In this document: one piece after another, positions 13,411 to 25,665 of the stretch
Layout of the letters: every line of letters begins with the position of its first letter
Position numbering within the stretch: position 1 is the first letter of the stretch
Source of the DNA: Callorhinchus milii
Lineage: Eukaryota
Length of the DNA stretch: 64,000 bases
NCBI RefSeq assembly: GCF_018977255.1
Contig: NW_024704742.1
Coordinates: forward strand, 61,816,001-61,880,000
Direction: 5' to 3'
The notes under the pieces: generated by a model
Database searches by the model: none
What the model saw: the letters and a program-made list of their open reading frames with translations, nothing else
Told to the model about the DNA's origin: nothing
Made by a program: the position numbers and the translations under genes

Positions 13411-14967
13411 AAGAAAGTAAAATCAGTGTATTTTGTGGGTGAATTGAGGCAGCCAATGTGTACAAAGAAAGCAATGTCTAACAAACAGTCGCGGATAATT
13501 TTATTTGGGGGATTGTGACCAGAGTACTGGGAAAAACTCTCTTATCTTTTTGAATAGTGCCCTGAAATATTTAATATCTACCTGAACAGGCAGTTCAGAT
13601 TTAATGAAGGATGACAACTACAATTCCAATTTTTTTGTACTTTCTACTTTGATATCCATCCACTTTTAAGAATATCTTTTAAGTAGATTAAGGTACACTA
13701 TTAGAGAAAAAACTTGGTTAAAAGATTTTCACAGTAAAACGCTGACTACAAAGGTCAAATCAACAAAAAAGATAAATGCTGTTAGTCCGCATACAAGAAT
13801 GCAACTAAATGCTGTTTCGTTCACCTAAACCTTAAGAGTCTGTCCACTGAAGTCATCAGAACCTGATACAATATTCTTATGAACGATTTATATAATATGT
13901 ACAATAAATTTAAAAAGGTGACAGAGATTTCACGGTTTGAGTTTAAAAGTAAATTGCTGACTTTTCTGATTCTGCAATAGTTGTCATTTTTTTTTCTTGC
14001 GTTTTTATCCATAACTTCTGTAACTACAACAACCAGAAAGGGCCAAGGATGAAGCCCCAGGGTACCCCGCAGGTGACCGGGCGGGCCTGGGAGAATTTTT
14101 CTTGTGATAAATTCTCGATTTATATCCTCTTGTTACTGACTCAAAATGCTCTTCACTTAATGTATCAAAAGTATGAATCTCTGCTGTACATTTTGATAAT
14201 ATAATTTAATTAGTTTACTTCATTGTCAACAATTATCTTACAAGCATAGCCTATATATCAAATAAAATTTTTATCAACTCTTTTGCAAGGAGCATTGCCT
14301 TTGCTACTGTGACTGTCCTTTAGTTTACTCTGAAGGTTCAGTTGCAGACCAATAAACTTCAAGTCACCAGAGTCATTAACTCTTATGTACAAAGCAAAAT
14401 CAACTTTAAATGGTATAAACTTCAAAGGGATTAAATGTTCAATGTTTAATTCTGTCTATTTTATTTGCTGTGCTGGTTAGTGTAATCTTAAGATTATTTA
14501 TAAAAACTACATTATAATTATCAGAGGCCTTAATCCTTCTGCCCTTCCTCGGCAAAAACATGCTGAGGCTAAACTATGAAAGAAAGTTGCCAGTGAAGTT
14601 TTAGCTTCATCAAATTTGAATGATACCAGCTGACATTTTCCTTACTGGAACCAAACAGAGTAACTGCCAAAATTAAGTGCACTATAAGGACATACCATTA
14701 TAATAAACAAACCAGAACTACATTATTAACCCTCTAAATACTTGCCTACCGAACAAGTAACACCACCCAGCAGCCAATGACCCAAGCCTCTCATAGTTTT
14801 CTTGTCTGTCTTTTGACAAACATTTCCTTTCAGCAAAGAGGCAGACCAAAAGGCTGCTGCTCTTATTCATCTCCATTAACAAAATTACATTAAATTTAAA
14901 ATAGATGCATTTTGCTGAAATCTTTGCCGCAACAACAATTTCTCATATCCCTGCGATTTTCCAACTT

Positions 14968-15308
14968 AATAATAATCCTTGCATTTGATATAGCACTTTT
15001 CACCTCTTCTAGACGTCTCAAAGCGCTTCACAGAATATACAGTAAAGTGAATTGACTGTATATTTGTGGGCGAAACGCAGCAGCTAATTGTGCACAGCAA
15101 TGTCCCATAAACAGTCGTGGATTGAGTGACCAAATTATCCCCAGAAAACCGATCCGCCAATCAACTAACAACCAGGTTCCTACTTACTGCTAAGTAAACA
15201 GAGATGCGTGGAGTAAGGAAACTCGCCCAACATTTCGCCCTGCGAGGAATCAAACCTAGGTCTCTTGCTTACGAGGCGGGTGCTCTAAACACTGAGCTAC
15301 AGAACTCC
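14968..15308 (-). mobile_element. tRNA-derived SINE, full length (long variant)
   Basis: Same family on the reverse strand. Confidence 0.9.
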
Positions 15309-16074
15309 ACTGTAGCTCAGTGGTTAGAGCTGAGTTAAAAATGTTTGAGAACTGAAGTCCCCCTCCCATTCACACTGACTCATAAAATGCTTTAACTCAC
15401 CTTAATGAAATGTTAAGGAACAGCATTTCATTTTTTTCTTGGATATTCTAAAGCCTACTGGTTGAATATTGCCTTCAGACCTCGGCCGTCTCCAGTCCCA
15501 CTTTCATCATATTTATTTGTCATTGAGGTTAAAATCATGACATTGTTAAAGTTATTCAGTAAAATAACAACCTTATGTGACACACACTAAAATCGTAAAC
15601 AGCAGAAGTACTTTACATGAGACCAATTTATCTCATTCTGAATGTCATACATTTTGTTCCCGGTCCTTTTAGTTTTTCTCAGCTTCCTAGATACCACCAT
15701 TTTCAAAGTTAGAAGTCATACTGAAATAAAAGTGACCCACAGCTGCTTGAAAAACAATTCTAAAGTTGTCAAGGTCCAAAAGTGTAGAGCCTTGTTTTCA
15801 GCATTAAACTAGGCGCAGCAGCAAAAGTCCAAAAAGTCTCATTATCACATAATTTATTTCTAGTGCTCCAAGGGTTAAAATAGATTTATTCTAAATGGAT
15901 TGCAGGAAACACTGCTGCGAATTGGCTGCAAAATCCCAGGACTAACATACACATGTTTCAATTTGAAAAAGAACTGACGTTATGATTTGCTGTGTGTTTC
16001 ACATTGTGGATTGTTTTGCAGGTGCATTAATTATTTTTATTAAACTAGATCTGATGTTGAGAAGTAGAACGCAG

Positions 16075-16710
16075 CAACAACATCAACTTGCACTTATATA
16101 GTGTCCTTCACAAGGGGCAGTGTCTTGGAGTGCTTAACAGTGGCAGAGGCTAATGCTGAGCAGAGGGAGGGAGGAGATGACTGTCAGCATGGTTGAAGAG
16201 GAAGGTCTTTAGTTGAGGTCTAAAAGAGGGGAAGGAGTGGGCAAGACAGAGACATTGGGTCAGAGAGTTCCAGAGCTTTGTGGCGTAGTGACTGAAAGCG
16301 CGGCTGCCGATTGCAGAATGGAAGGGACGAGTGACTAGCAGAAGGTCAGAGCCAGAAGAGTGGAGGCAGCATGCAGTAGAGTGGGGAGAAAACAGATCAG
16401 AAAGGTGCCAATGCATGAAGGGATTTGTGGGCAATTGAGAGGATCTTGAAATCGATCCATTCTGTGATAGGGAGCCATTGGTGCCTGCGAGGACTGGTGG
16501 GATGGGGGTGTGGAGTTGAGTGTGGTTGAGAATATGGGTGATGGGAGATCTGAATCAGTTGTAGTTTGTGGGTAGTTGAGCTGGGGAGACAGGCGTGGAG
16601 GGCATTCAGAACAGTTGAGGCGGGAGGTGACGAAGGCGTGGACGAGGGTTTTGGCTGGGTTGGGGGTGAGGTATAGTCGGAGGCAAACAATGTGATGGAA
16701 GGTTAGCAAA
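16075..16710 (-). mobile_element. L2-type LINE 3' fragment
   Basis: AKTLVHAFVTSRL and WLPI..IDFKIL remnants. Confidence 0.85.
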
Positions 16711-17204
16711 GGCTAGAATAGCAATAAATGCAAATGAGAAGTGAGTGCTCCAACCAATACACTACAGGACTCCAGGTAGGAAGGTTTAACATATTTATAT
16801 TGCTGGATTGCTGCTAATGGCTGTGTCAGTGTCAAACCAGGATTATAAACAAGGTGGCAGTGGCAGCCACACTTCCAAAAGCAGTACGAAAGCAACATAG
16901 ACACAACTGTTTTTCTAACGCATCTGGAAAAGTGAAAGAAAATCCCTTTATAGTACACAGAATGTGCCATAACCCTTCAGAAGGAAGTGACTGACAATCT
17001 AAATCAGTGATAAATGTAGTATAAAATGGCAAGTGTTAAATATTCATTACATGTGCTACCTATTTAGCTTTTTGACAACCGGATACAGCATAAATACTGC
17101 ACTGTGTGAGTTTATGTAGGTGCTCCCGCCCACAGTAGCCCCTAATGGCCCAGGAGGACTCATGCCTACAGTCACTGAGCTTGAAGCGATGTTATATCAG
17201 TTTA

Positions 17205-17480
17205 CTACAACAACAACTTGGATTTATATAGTGCCCTCCACGACAGACGGCGTCTCAGAGCGCTTCACAGTAACGGATCCCGGGGCAGAGCCAGGGGGAG
17301 GGGGAGGAGGTGACCAAAGGCGCGGTCGAAAAGAAAGGTCTTCAGCAGAGACCTGAAAATAGGAAGCGAAGGGGTGAGGCAAAGGGAGTGAGGAAGGGAA
17401 TTCCAGAGCCTCAGGGCATAGTGACTGAAGGCACGGCCGCCGAGGGTGAAGCGGAGGACTTGTGGCACAAGGAGGAGGCC
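17205..17480 (-). mobile_element. L2-type LINE 3' end
   Basis: GGRAFSHYALRLWNSLP...LKTFLF. Confidence 0.85.
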
Positions 17481-18584
17481 TTATTGTATTCAGTACAAAT
17501 TTAAAAAGTGAGGAACCTCAATGTCCCGATCTTGATGTCTGATTTGGCTGGAACCATCATCCCCCCCACCCCCCGCTGTCATTTACTGTCGGGGTCACAA
17601 ATAAAGAATAGCCCCTTTGAGATACCAACCAGTACAGTGAAATCAAATCTACCATATGTCAGTACCTTCAGAATAAGTGGAGATTTAAAAAAACAGGATC
17701 ATATCCATCCTCCCTTTACGTCATCTATAGGCTCCACATGGAAAGAACAAGGAATCAGATGACATCTCAAACCCAGAACTACAAACCTCAAGTCACTTTT
17801 AAATGATCTGCATTCAAAAATAACACTACAGCTTCAATTATTTTAAATAACATTAAGGCCATGTTCTTATCCTTCAGTTTGGACTCCTTTCACTGTAAAC
17901 TGTACTGGTAGCATGTCAACTGTCAGTGTGTTAAAGATCATTGATTGAAGCTAATGCCATACTGAAAGATCAATAATCATAATGAATTCAATACAAGTTT
18001 ATGATAATTCATCTATCATGATTTAGTATCATTATATATCTCATCCGCATGGGTTAATTCCAGTTGCTTCATTACACAAACCCTCTAATGCCACAATTAA
18101 ACCTGTTTACTATTTTGGGTGTTGTTCGGCTTGGCAAAATGTCTGAAGTGATGAGAAAAACAAAGTCTTATTTTATACAGAACTGTAAACTAAAACGTAA
18201 TCTGCAACATACTAAACTTGCTAAATAAAAAATTGGGCATATACATGGATGACAGTCTGCACAGTGTTGCAAGACAGAAACTCATAAGGAACTGCTATTT
18301 CATTGTTATCTCAGCCCAGAGGTGATTGCTGACCCACATCTGGTATACTATTCTACACACAAACTCTGAGTTCTAACTCAAGTCACTAAACAAGTAATGA
18401 AATTGGCATTCATTTTACTCACTGATAAAAGAAGGAATATTTATATTCTTATGAGTGAGTCGATTCACTCTTGAGTATTTCACCACTTAACAAATATTCT
18501 GCAGGACCTATTTTCTTTTGAGTCAACAATCCAGTAATTTTTTTTTAAACTTTGCATCACCTTACTCTGTCACAGTAGCAAAGC

Positions 18585-19700
18585 AACAACAACTTGGATT
18601 TATATAGCGCCCTCCACGCCGGACAGCGTCTCAGAGTGCTTCACAATAACGGATCCCGGGGCCGAGACGGGGTGAGGGGGAAGAAGGTGACCAAAGGTGC
18701 GGTCGGAAAGAAAGGTCTTTAGCTGAGACCTGAAACTAGGAAGAGAGGGGGTGAGGCGAAGAAAGTGATGGAGTTCCAGAGCCTCGGGGCGTGGTGGCTG
18801 AAGGCACGGCCGCCGATGGTGGAGCGGAGGATTCAGGGAACAAGGAGGGAAGGCAACGGGTACTGTTGTGAGGAGAGAGGAGGAGAGAGGTAGGGGGGTG
18901 CAGAGGAGTGCAGGGATTTGAAGACAAGGGTGAGGATCTTGAAATCGATCCTCTCTGGGATAGGCAGCCAGTGTAGTCAGGCAAGGACTGGGGTGATCGG
19001 GGAGTGGAGTTTGGTGCGGGTAAGAAAGCAGGCGGCAGAATTCTGGATGACCTGGATTTTATGAATGGTAGTGGAGGGGAGACCGGTGAGGGGGCATTTG
19101 AATAGTCCAGCCGAGAGGTGACAAAGGCATGGACCAGGGTCTTGGCGTCTTTTGGGGTGAGATAATGGTGTAGACGGACGATACGTCGGAGGTGGTAGAA
19201 AGCGGTGCTGGATGAGGGACTGGATGTGGTGGAGGAAGGATAATTGGGGGTCGAACCTGACGCCTAGGTTGTGTATGAGCTTGGAGAGTTTTAGGGGCAG
19301 GTCGGGTAGGTGGAGGAGGTGAGAACCGTGCGATTGAAGACGTTGAGCCGAACAGTATGGCTTCCATCTTGTCAACATTTAGCTGAAGGAAATTTGCGAT
19401 CATCCAGCTCCTGATGTCTGACAGGCTGACAGAACATCAGGGGACTGGGGGTCGCAAAGAGAGGTGGAAAAATAGGTGTGTCCGCATACATGTGGAAGTG
19501 TACCCGATGTCTGCAGATGACATCCCCAAGAGGGAGCATGTAGGTCAGAAAGAGGAGGGGGCCAAGGATGGATCCTTGGGGTACCCCGCAGGTAACTGGG
19601 TGAGAGCGGGAGGAGAAGCCGTTTGTGGAGGTAGGACTCCACTAGCGAGTGCGGACCCACTGAGGTGGATGACAGAGGAAAGGCGGTGGAGGAGGATGGT
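18585..19700 (-). mobile_element. L2-type LINE 3' fragment of about 1.1 kb, frameshifted RT
   Basis: [16 protein letters not shown] and IQVIQNSAA remnants, (TTG)n tail. Confidence 0.9.
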
Positions 19701-20569
19701 GTGATTGTAGAACAAATGTTGGGTGAATGGATGATTGTAGAACAACTAAAACAAAATATGTTAAAGACACTGTTTTGCTGCTAGCGGGCAGAAAGTGACA
19801 GTATTTCAATCTCAGGATTCTGATGACTATCTAAGATTCAATCTTGTAGCATATGAGGTCAAGTGAACACCTTATTGGATTAATGGCTAGTAATCCATTC
19901 CGACCCATATTTACACACGGTTACACTGATACACAATTTTTAATCCAATAATCCAATATCCCCTTTACTATAGTACTTTATATAACCAATGCAACTTCAG
20001 AAAAGTGTGATATTAATTTTTTACTACAGAAATGTCTGCTATCATAAGTTGCAGATCAGAAAATTCAACAAATAACCGGTAATATGCTGTTACCATTTTT
20101 CTAAGGTTTAGAAAATAAAGTTACCAACTGTAACTATTTCAAAAGCTACTCAAGTTAAGCTTGTGGAACTATTTGATAAACAGCTCAAAAAATAATAAAA
20201 TTACACCAAATAATACAAACAGCATCAACAGCCTGCTCCTCGCACTGAAATACTTAAATATTAAGTATTTCACATTTTTTTTCCTTCATGTTTTTAAGTT
20301 TAATATCGGTGAGTCATCATATAATTAGAACATGGCATAGTATAATGAGCTGTAAGGGTTCTGGGCATGAGACTTTGTCCGCTCAGCATTATCTTAACTG
20401 TGTTTATCTATGTATCTCTCTGTCTGTGTCTCTCTCTCTCTGTGCATCAATCTTTGTGTTTGTGTGTGCGTTTATAATTTTCTCTGTGTGTCTCTCTCTG
20501 TGTGTCTCTTGTCTATTTATCCATGTGCATCCGTGTGTGCCTCTCTCTGACTGTGTGTTTCACTGTGTG

Positions 20570-23410
20570 ACTGTAGGTGTCACTCTGACTGGAGGTGTGC
20601 CTCTCACTGACTGGAGGTGTGCGTCTCTCCGACTGTAGAGGGGTTGTCTGACCGTGGGGGGGGGGGGGGGGGGGGTGACCGTAGGGGGGAGGTGAGACTG
20701 TATAGGGGTGGGTGTGAGACTGTAGGGGGTGGGTGTGTGACTGTAGGGGGGGGGTGTGACTGTAGGGGGGGGGGGTGTGTGACTGTAGGGGGGGGGTGTG
20801 ACTGTAGGGGGGGGGGTGTGACTGTAGGGGGGGGGTGTGACTGAGGGGGGGGGTGTGACTGTAGGGGGGGGGTGTGACTGTCAGGGGGGGGTGTGACTGT
20901 AGGGGGGGGTGTGACTGCAGGGGGGGGGTGTGACTGCAGGGGGGGGGTGTGACTGCAGGGGGGGGGTGTGACTGCAGGGGGGGGGTGTGACTGAGGGGGG
21001 GGGGGTGTGACTGTAGGGGGGGGGTGTGACTGCAGGGGGGGGTGTGACTGCAGGGGGGGGGTGTGACTGCAGGGGGGGGGGGCTGAGGGGGGTGTGACTG
21101 CAGGGGGGGGGTGTGACTGTAGGGGGGGGGTGTGACTGCAGGGGGGGGGGTGTGACTGTAGGGGGGGNNNNNNNNNNNNNNNNNNNNNNNNNCTGACTGT
21201 AGGGGGGGGGTCTGACTGTAGGGGGGGGTCTGACTGTAGGGGGGGGGTCTGACTGTAGGGGGGGGTCTGACTGTAGGGGGGGTCTGACTGTAGGGGGGGG
21301 TCTGACTGTAGGGGGGGTCTGACTGTGGGGGGTCTGACTGTAGGGGGGGGGTCTGACTGTAGGGGGGGTCTGACTGTAGGGGGGGTCTGACTGTAGGGGG
21401 GGTCTGACTGTAGGGGGGGGTCTGACTGTAGGGGGGGGGGTCTGACTGTAGGGGGGGGGTCTGACTGTAGGGGGGGGGTCTGACTGTAGGGGGGGGGTTG
21501 ACTGTAGGGGGGGGGTCTGACTGTAGGGGGGGGGTTGACTGTAGGGGGGGGTTGACTGTAGGGGGGGGGTCTGACTGTGGGGGGGGGTTGACTGTAGGGG
21601 GGGGGTCTGACTGTAGGGGGGGGTCTGACTGTAGGGGGGGGGTTGACTGTAGGGGGGGGGTCTGACTGTAGGGGGGGTTGACTGTAGGGGGGGTCTGACT
21701 GTGGGGGGGTCTGACTGTAGGGGGGGTCTGACTGTGGGGGGGTCTGACTGTAGGGGGGGTCTGACTGTAGGGGGGGTCTGACTGTAGGGGGGTCTGACTG
21801 TAGGGGGGTCTGACTGTAGGGGGGGGTCTGACTGTAGGGGGGGTCTGACTGTAGGGGGGGTCTGACTGTAGGGGGGGGGTCTGACTGTAGGGGGGGTCTG
21901 ACTGTAGGGGGTCTGACTGTAGGGGGGGGTCTGACTGTAGGGGGGGGTCTGACTGTAGGGGGGGTCTGACTGTAGGGGGGTCTGACTGTAGGGGGGGGGT
22001 CTGACTGTAGGGGGGGGTCTGACTGTAGGGGGGGGGTCTGACTGTAGGGGGGGGTCTGACTGTAGGGGGGGGGTCTGACTGTAGGGGGGGGTCTGACTGT
22101 AGGGGGGGGTCTGACTGTAGGGGGGGGTCTGACTGTAGGGGGGGTCTGACTGTAGGGGGGGGTCTGACTGTAGGGGGGGTCTGACTGTAGGGGGGGTCTG
22201 ACTGTAGGGGGGGGTCTTGACTGTAGGGGGGGGTCTGACTGTAGGGGGGGTCTGGACTGTAGGGGGGGTCTGACTGTAGGGGGGTCTGACTGTAGGGGGG
22301 GTCTGACTGTAGGGGGGTCTGACTGTTAGGGGGGTGTCTGACTGTAGGGGGGTGTCTGACTGTAGGGGGGGTGTCTGACTGTAGGGGGGGTGTCTGACTG
22401 TAGGGGGGGTGTCTGACTGTAGGGGGGGTGTCTGACTGTAGGGGGTGCTGAGGGGGGTGTCTGACTGTAGGGGTGTGACTGAGGGGGGGGTCTGACTGTA
22501 GGGGGGTGACTGGGGGGGGTCTGACTGTAGGGGGGGGTCTGACTGTAGGGGGGGTTGACTGAGGGGGGTCTGACTGTAGGGGGGGGTCTGACTGTAGGGG
22601 GGTCTGACTGGGGGGGGGTCTGACTGCAGGGGGGGGTCTGACTGCAGGGGGGGGGTCTGACTGCAGGGGGGGGGTCTGACTGCAGGGGGGGGGTCTGACT
22701 GCAGGGGGGGGTCTGACTGTAGGGGGGGTCTGACTGCAGGGGGGGGTCTGACTGCAGGGGGGGGTCTGACTGTAGGGGGTCTGACTGTAGGGGGGGGTCT
22801 GACTGTAGAGGGGGTCTGACTGTAGGGGGTCTGACTGTAGAGGGGGTCTGACTGTAGAGGGGTCTGACTGTAGAGGGGGTCTGACTGTAGAGGGGGGTCT
22901 GACTGTAGAGGGGGTCTGACTGTAGGGGGTCTGACTGTAGAGGGGGTCTGACTGTAGAGGGGGGTCTGACTGTAGGGGGGGGTCTGACTGTAGGGGGTCT
23001 GACTGTAGGGGTCTGACTGTAGGGGGGTCTGACTGTAGAGGGGGGTCTGACTGTAGGGGTCTGACTGTAGGGGGGGTCTGACTGTAGGGGGGGTCTGACT
23101 GTAGGGGGGGGTCTGACTGTAGGGGGGGTCTGACTGTAGGGGGGGTCTGACTGTAGGGGGGTCTGACTGTAGGGGGGGTCTGACTGTAGGGGGGGTCTGA
23201 CTGTGGGGGGGTCTGACTGTAGGGGGGGGTCTGACTGTAGGGGGGGTCTGACTGTAGGGGGGGTCTGACTGTAGGGGGGTCTGACTGTAGGGGGGGTCTG
23301 ACTGTAGGGGGTCTGACTGTAGGGGGGGGTCTGACTGTAGGGGGTCTGACTGTAGGGGGGGGGTCTGACTGTAGGGGGTCTGACTGTAGGGGGTCTGACT
23401 GTAGGGGGGT
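20570..23410 (+). repeat. G-tract minisatellite, unit about 15-19 bp [G(4-10)-T(C/G)TGACTG(T/C)A]
   Basis: Directly visible tandem array of more than 100 units. Confidence 0.98.
21168..21192. other. Assembly gap (25 N)
   Basis: Run of n inside the minisatellite. Confidence 1.
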
Positions 23411-23420
23411 GTCCTGTTAC

Positions 23421-23520
23421 CAGTTTGAAAGTGATTGACAGCTGCTGTTCCTAACCGCCGCCTCGCGCCGCTGTTTTCCCGCCGGGACCTCTCTGGGCCG
23501 CCGTGTGAGCAACGAGCGGC
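23421..23520 (-). other. Putative non-coding first exon of the leftward transcript (5' end uncertain)
   Basis: Donor-like CTG|gtaaca at the left edge of the CpG island, immediately before the minisatellite. Confidence 0.4.
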
Positions 23521-24489
23521 CGCTCACAGGGGCCCCGGACCGCCGGCCTCACGTTTATAAGTGGTTGAACACCCCTCGAAACACAGCAAACCCGTCATCA
23601 TGAACCTCAGCGCTGCCCCACATTGGCGCTCACGCTGTGGCCGTCCTGCTGCTGACTGAGCTTTGCACGGAATGCCAACAGCAGCGCCAGTTGCAACCAG
23701 TCAGTCAGTCAGACAGACAGTCAGACAGTCAGACAGACAGTCGAGGGTCCAAATTGTTCAGCTTTAAGAGGGGAGGGGTCTCGCCGAGTGAGGGAAGGTT
23801 CGCCATCCCAGGATCGCTCTGCAAAACAGTTTGACGTCTCATCTCTACACTTCAACAGCCTTTTGTTTGTAACCTCCTCCTCCTCCTCCTCCTCCTCTGG
23901 CGTCCACAGTCTGTCGCAGGATCCCCACACAAAATGCCGTGCGTCTCTCGCGGGCTCGCACCCCTCTGGCAGTCTGTGCGACAGTGAAGCGGCTGTCAGT
24001 ACAGCTCAGTGCTCGGCTTTCACTTCACGCTTTGCTTCCAGTGTGTGGCGGGGAATGTGTAAAGACAGTGAGTGAGTGAGTGCATTCAGGTCCTCACCTG
24101 CTCTCCAGTCAATGGCACAGGAGATCGGAGTAAAACGCAGTAGATTCAATCTTTCTCCAGTCTCTGACGCAGGGTTTGTACCGCAGCGCAGTGAATCCAG
24201 TCTGTTTCTCCCCAGACTCGGAATACAGAGTGAATTGTATACAGCAGTGAATTCAGCCTCTCACCAGTCTCTATCGTGGGCTGTCGGTACAGTCCAGTGA
24301 ACTCAATGCCTTTCTCCAGTCTCTGTGTGCAGTAAACCCGGTGTCTCTCACCGCTGACTGTAGCTCCGGTGTGTGCGGGGCCGCTGACACAGGTTTAAGC
24401 CCCGGGCTCCCGCGCGCAAAGGCCCCGTCACTTCCGCCAATAATAAGTGTGCTGCGTGATTGCGTCACTGGTTCACGGCGCGGCGCCCT

Positions 24490-24780
24490 GACGCAAGAGA
24501 CTGAAAAAAAAGTGGATGTCGGCGGCGGCGGCGGCGTTAAAGCGAGAGTGGCGCGGCCTCTCTGTGATTTGTTTGCACTGGGAGTGATGTAACTTTCAAC
24601 GAAGACTTTCATCGGGGATGACTTCTGCGTTTCTTTTATTCTCAATGTAATATCTCTGAGCCTCGCCCCCCCCCCTCCCCCCTCGGGCCCTCTCTCCTCG
24701 CCCCACCCGACACTCCCCCCCCCGCCCCCTCCTGTCGCCGTCGCTGTGGAAAGCGATCAAACTCCGGCTCCGACAGGTAG
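24490..24780 (+). other. Putative non-coding first exon of the rightward transcript (5' end uncertain)
   Basis: Tandem donors CAG|gtaggt (after 24776) and TAG|gtgagt (after 24780), downstream of ETS/CCAAT motifs. Confidence 0.55.
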
Positions 24781-25329
24781 GTGAGTGCTGGGTCAGCCTA
24801 ACTTGGTGGCGGCGGCGGTGGTGGTCGTGACGTCGCGCTGATTGACGGGGCAGGCGGGCAATCAGAAGCGGCGCCCTGACCGGGCCGGGCTGACGGCGTC
24901 CAATCAGCGAGCGGCCGTGTGGGGGGGGGGGGGCGGGATCTCGGCAGCCCCAGCACGTTTGGTTGCGCGGCGGCTAATGCCCCCTCTCCCATTCCCATTC
25001 CCTGCGCTGCGCTCTGAGCTGCTGCGGGTCAGGAGCTGCTCAGAGTGGAGCGGCGATTCAACTTCCTGTGGGTTAACTCTCATGTGTGGAAGTCTGCCCT
25101 CCGTTTCCAGGCACAGGGACATTCCCACCTGTAGCTGCCACACACGGGGTGGAAGCCTCAGGTTGGGTTTGGAGGTGCTCAAAAGCCACAGATGGTTTCA
25201 CCACACGTTGGGAAAGTTTCCTGAACTCCCCGCGCCTCTGTGTTCCCGGCAGTGAGGAGGAGCCCGGCTGCTGGTCGACTGACAGATCACTTTTTTTTTC
25301 TGGGGGAGGGGGGGTAACAATCCTTTTAA

Positions 25330-25665
25330 AGTTTGTGGGACATTGCTGTGCGCAATTGGCTGCCGCGTTCGCCCACAAATATACAGTCAATTCACTTTAC
25401 AGTGTGTTCTGTGAAGCGCTTTGGGACGTCCTCCCGACGTGAAAAGCGCTATATCAAATGCAAGGATTATTATTATTATTATTATTATATAATAATTTGG
25501 TCACTCAATCCACGACTCTTTGCGGGACACCGCTGCGCGCAACTGGCTGTTGTGTTTGGTCCCGCAAAATATTCAAGTCGATTCATTTTACCGTTTATTC
25601 TGTGAAGCGCTTTGAGCCGTCTCCAAGATGGGAGAAAGCGCTACAACAAATGCAAGGATTATTAT
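25330..25665 (+). mobile_element. Two tandem SINE 3' halves
   Basis: Two successive gggacattgctgtgcgcaattggctg...aaatgcaaggattatt units. Confidence 0.85.

Larger units (their letters stand above)
23421..25300. promoter_or_regulatory. CpG-island bidirectional promoter of CEP44/FBXO8
   Basis: Dense CpG/GC between divergent genes. E2F-like TTTTCCCGCC 23474-23483, CHR-like TTTGAA 23424-23429, ETS-like CACTTCCG next to CCAAT at about 24429-24440, several TGACG and CAATCAG motifs at 24820-24910. Confidence 0.8.

Noticed and set aside
14299..18583. 15-bp inverted match (ctttgctactgtgac at about 14299 and gtcacagtagcaaag at about 18569)
   Set aside because: Too short, with no target-site duplication or internal element structure; the interval does not include the displaced exon.
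21168..21192. The N gap as the sole cause of the CEP44 strand switch
   Set aside because: The repeat has the same G-rich orientation on both sides and a second breakpoint would still be needed between 29250 and 32598, where there is no gap. Mis-assembly elsewhere is not excluded.
20570..23410. CRISPR-like array or telomere
   Set aside because: The spacers are only variable-length G runs, the unit is not TTAGGG, and the context is eukaryotic.
24582..24662. C/D-box snoRNA-like pattern (GTGATGT...CTGA)
   Set aside because: The C box is imperfect, there is no convincing terminal stem, and it lies in a putative first exon rather than an intron.
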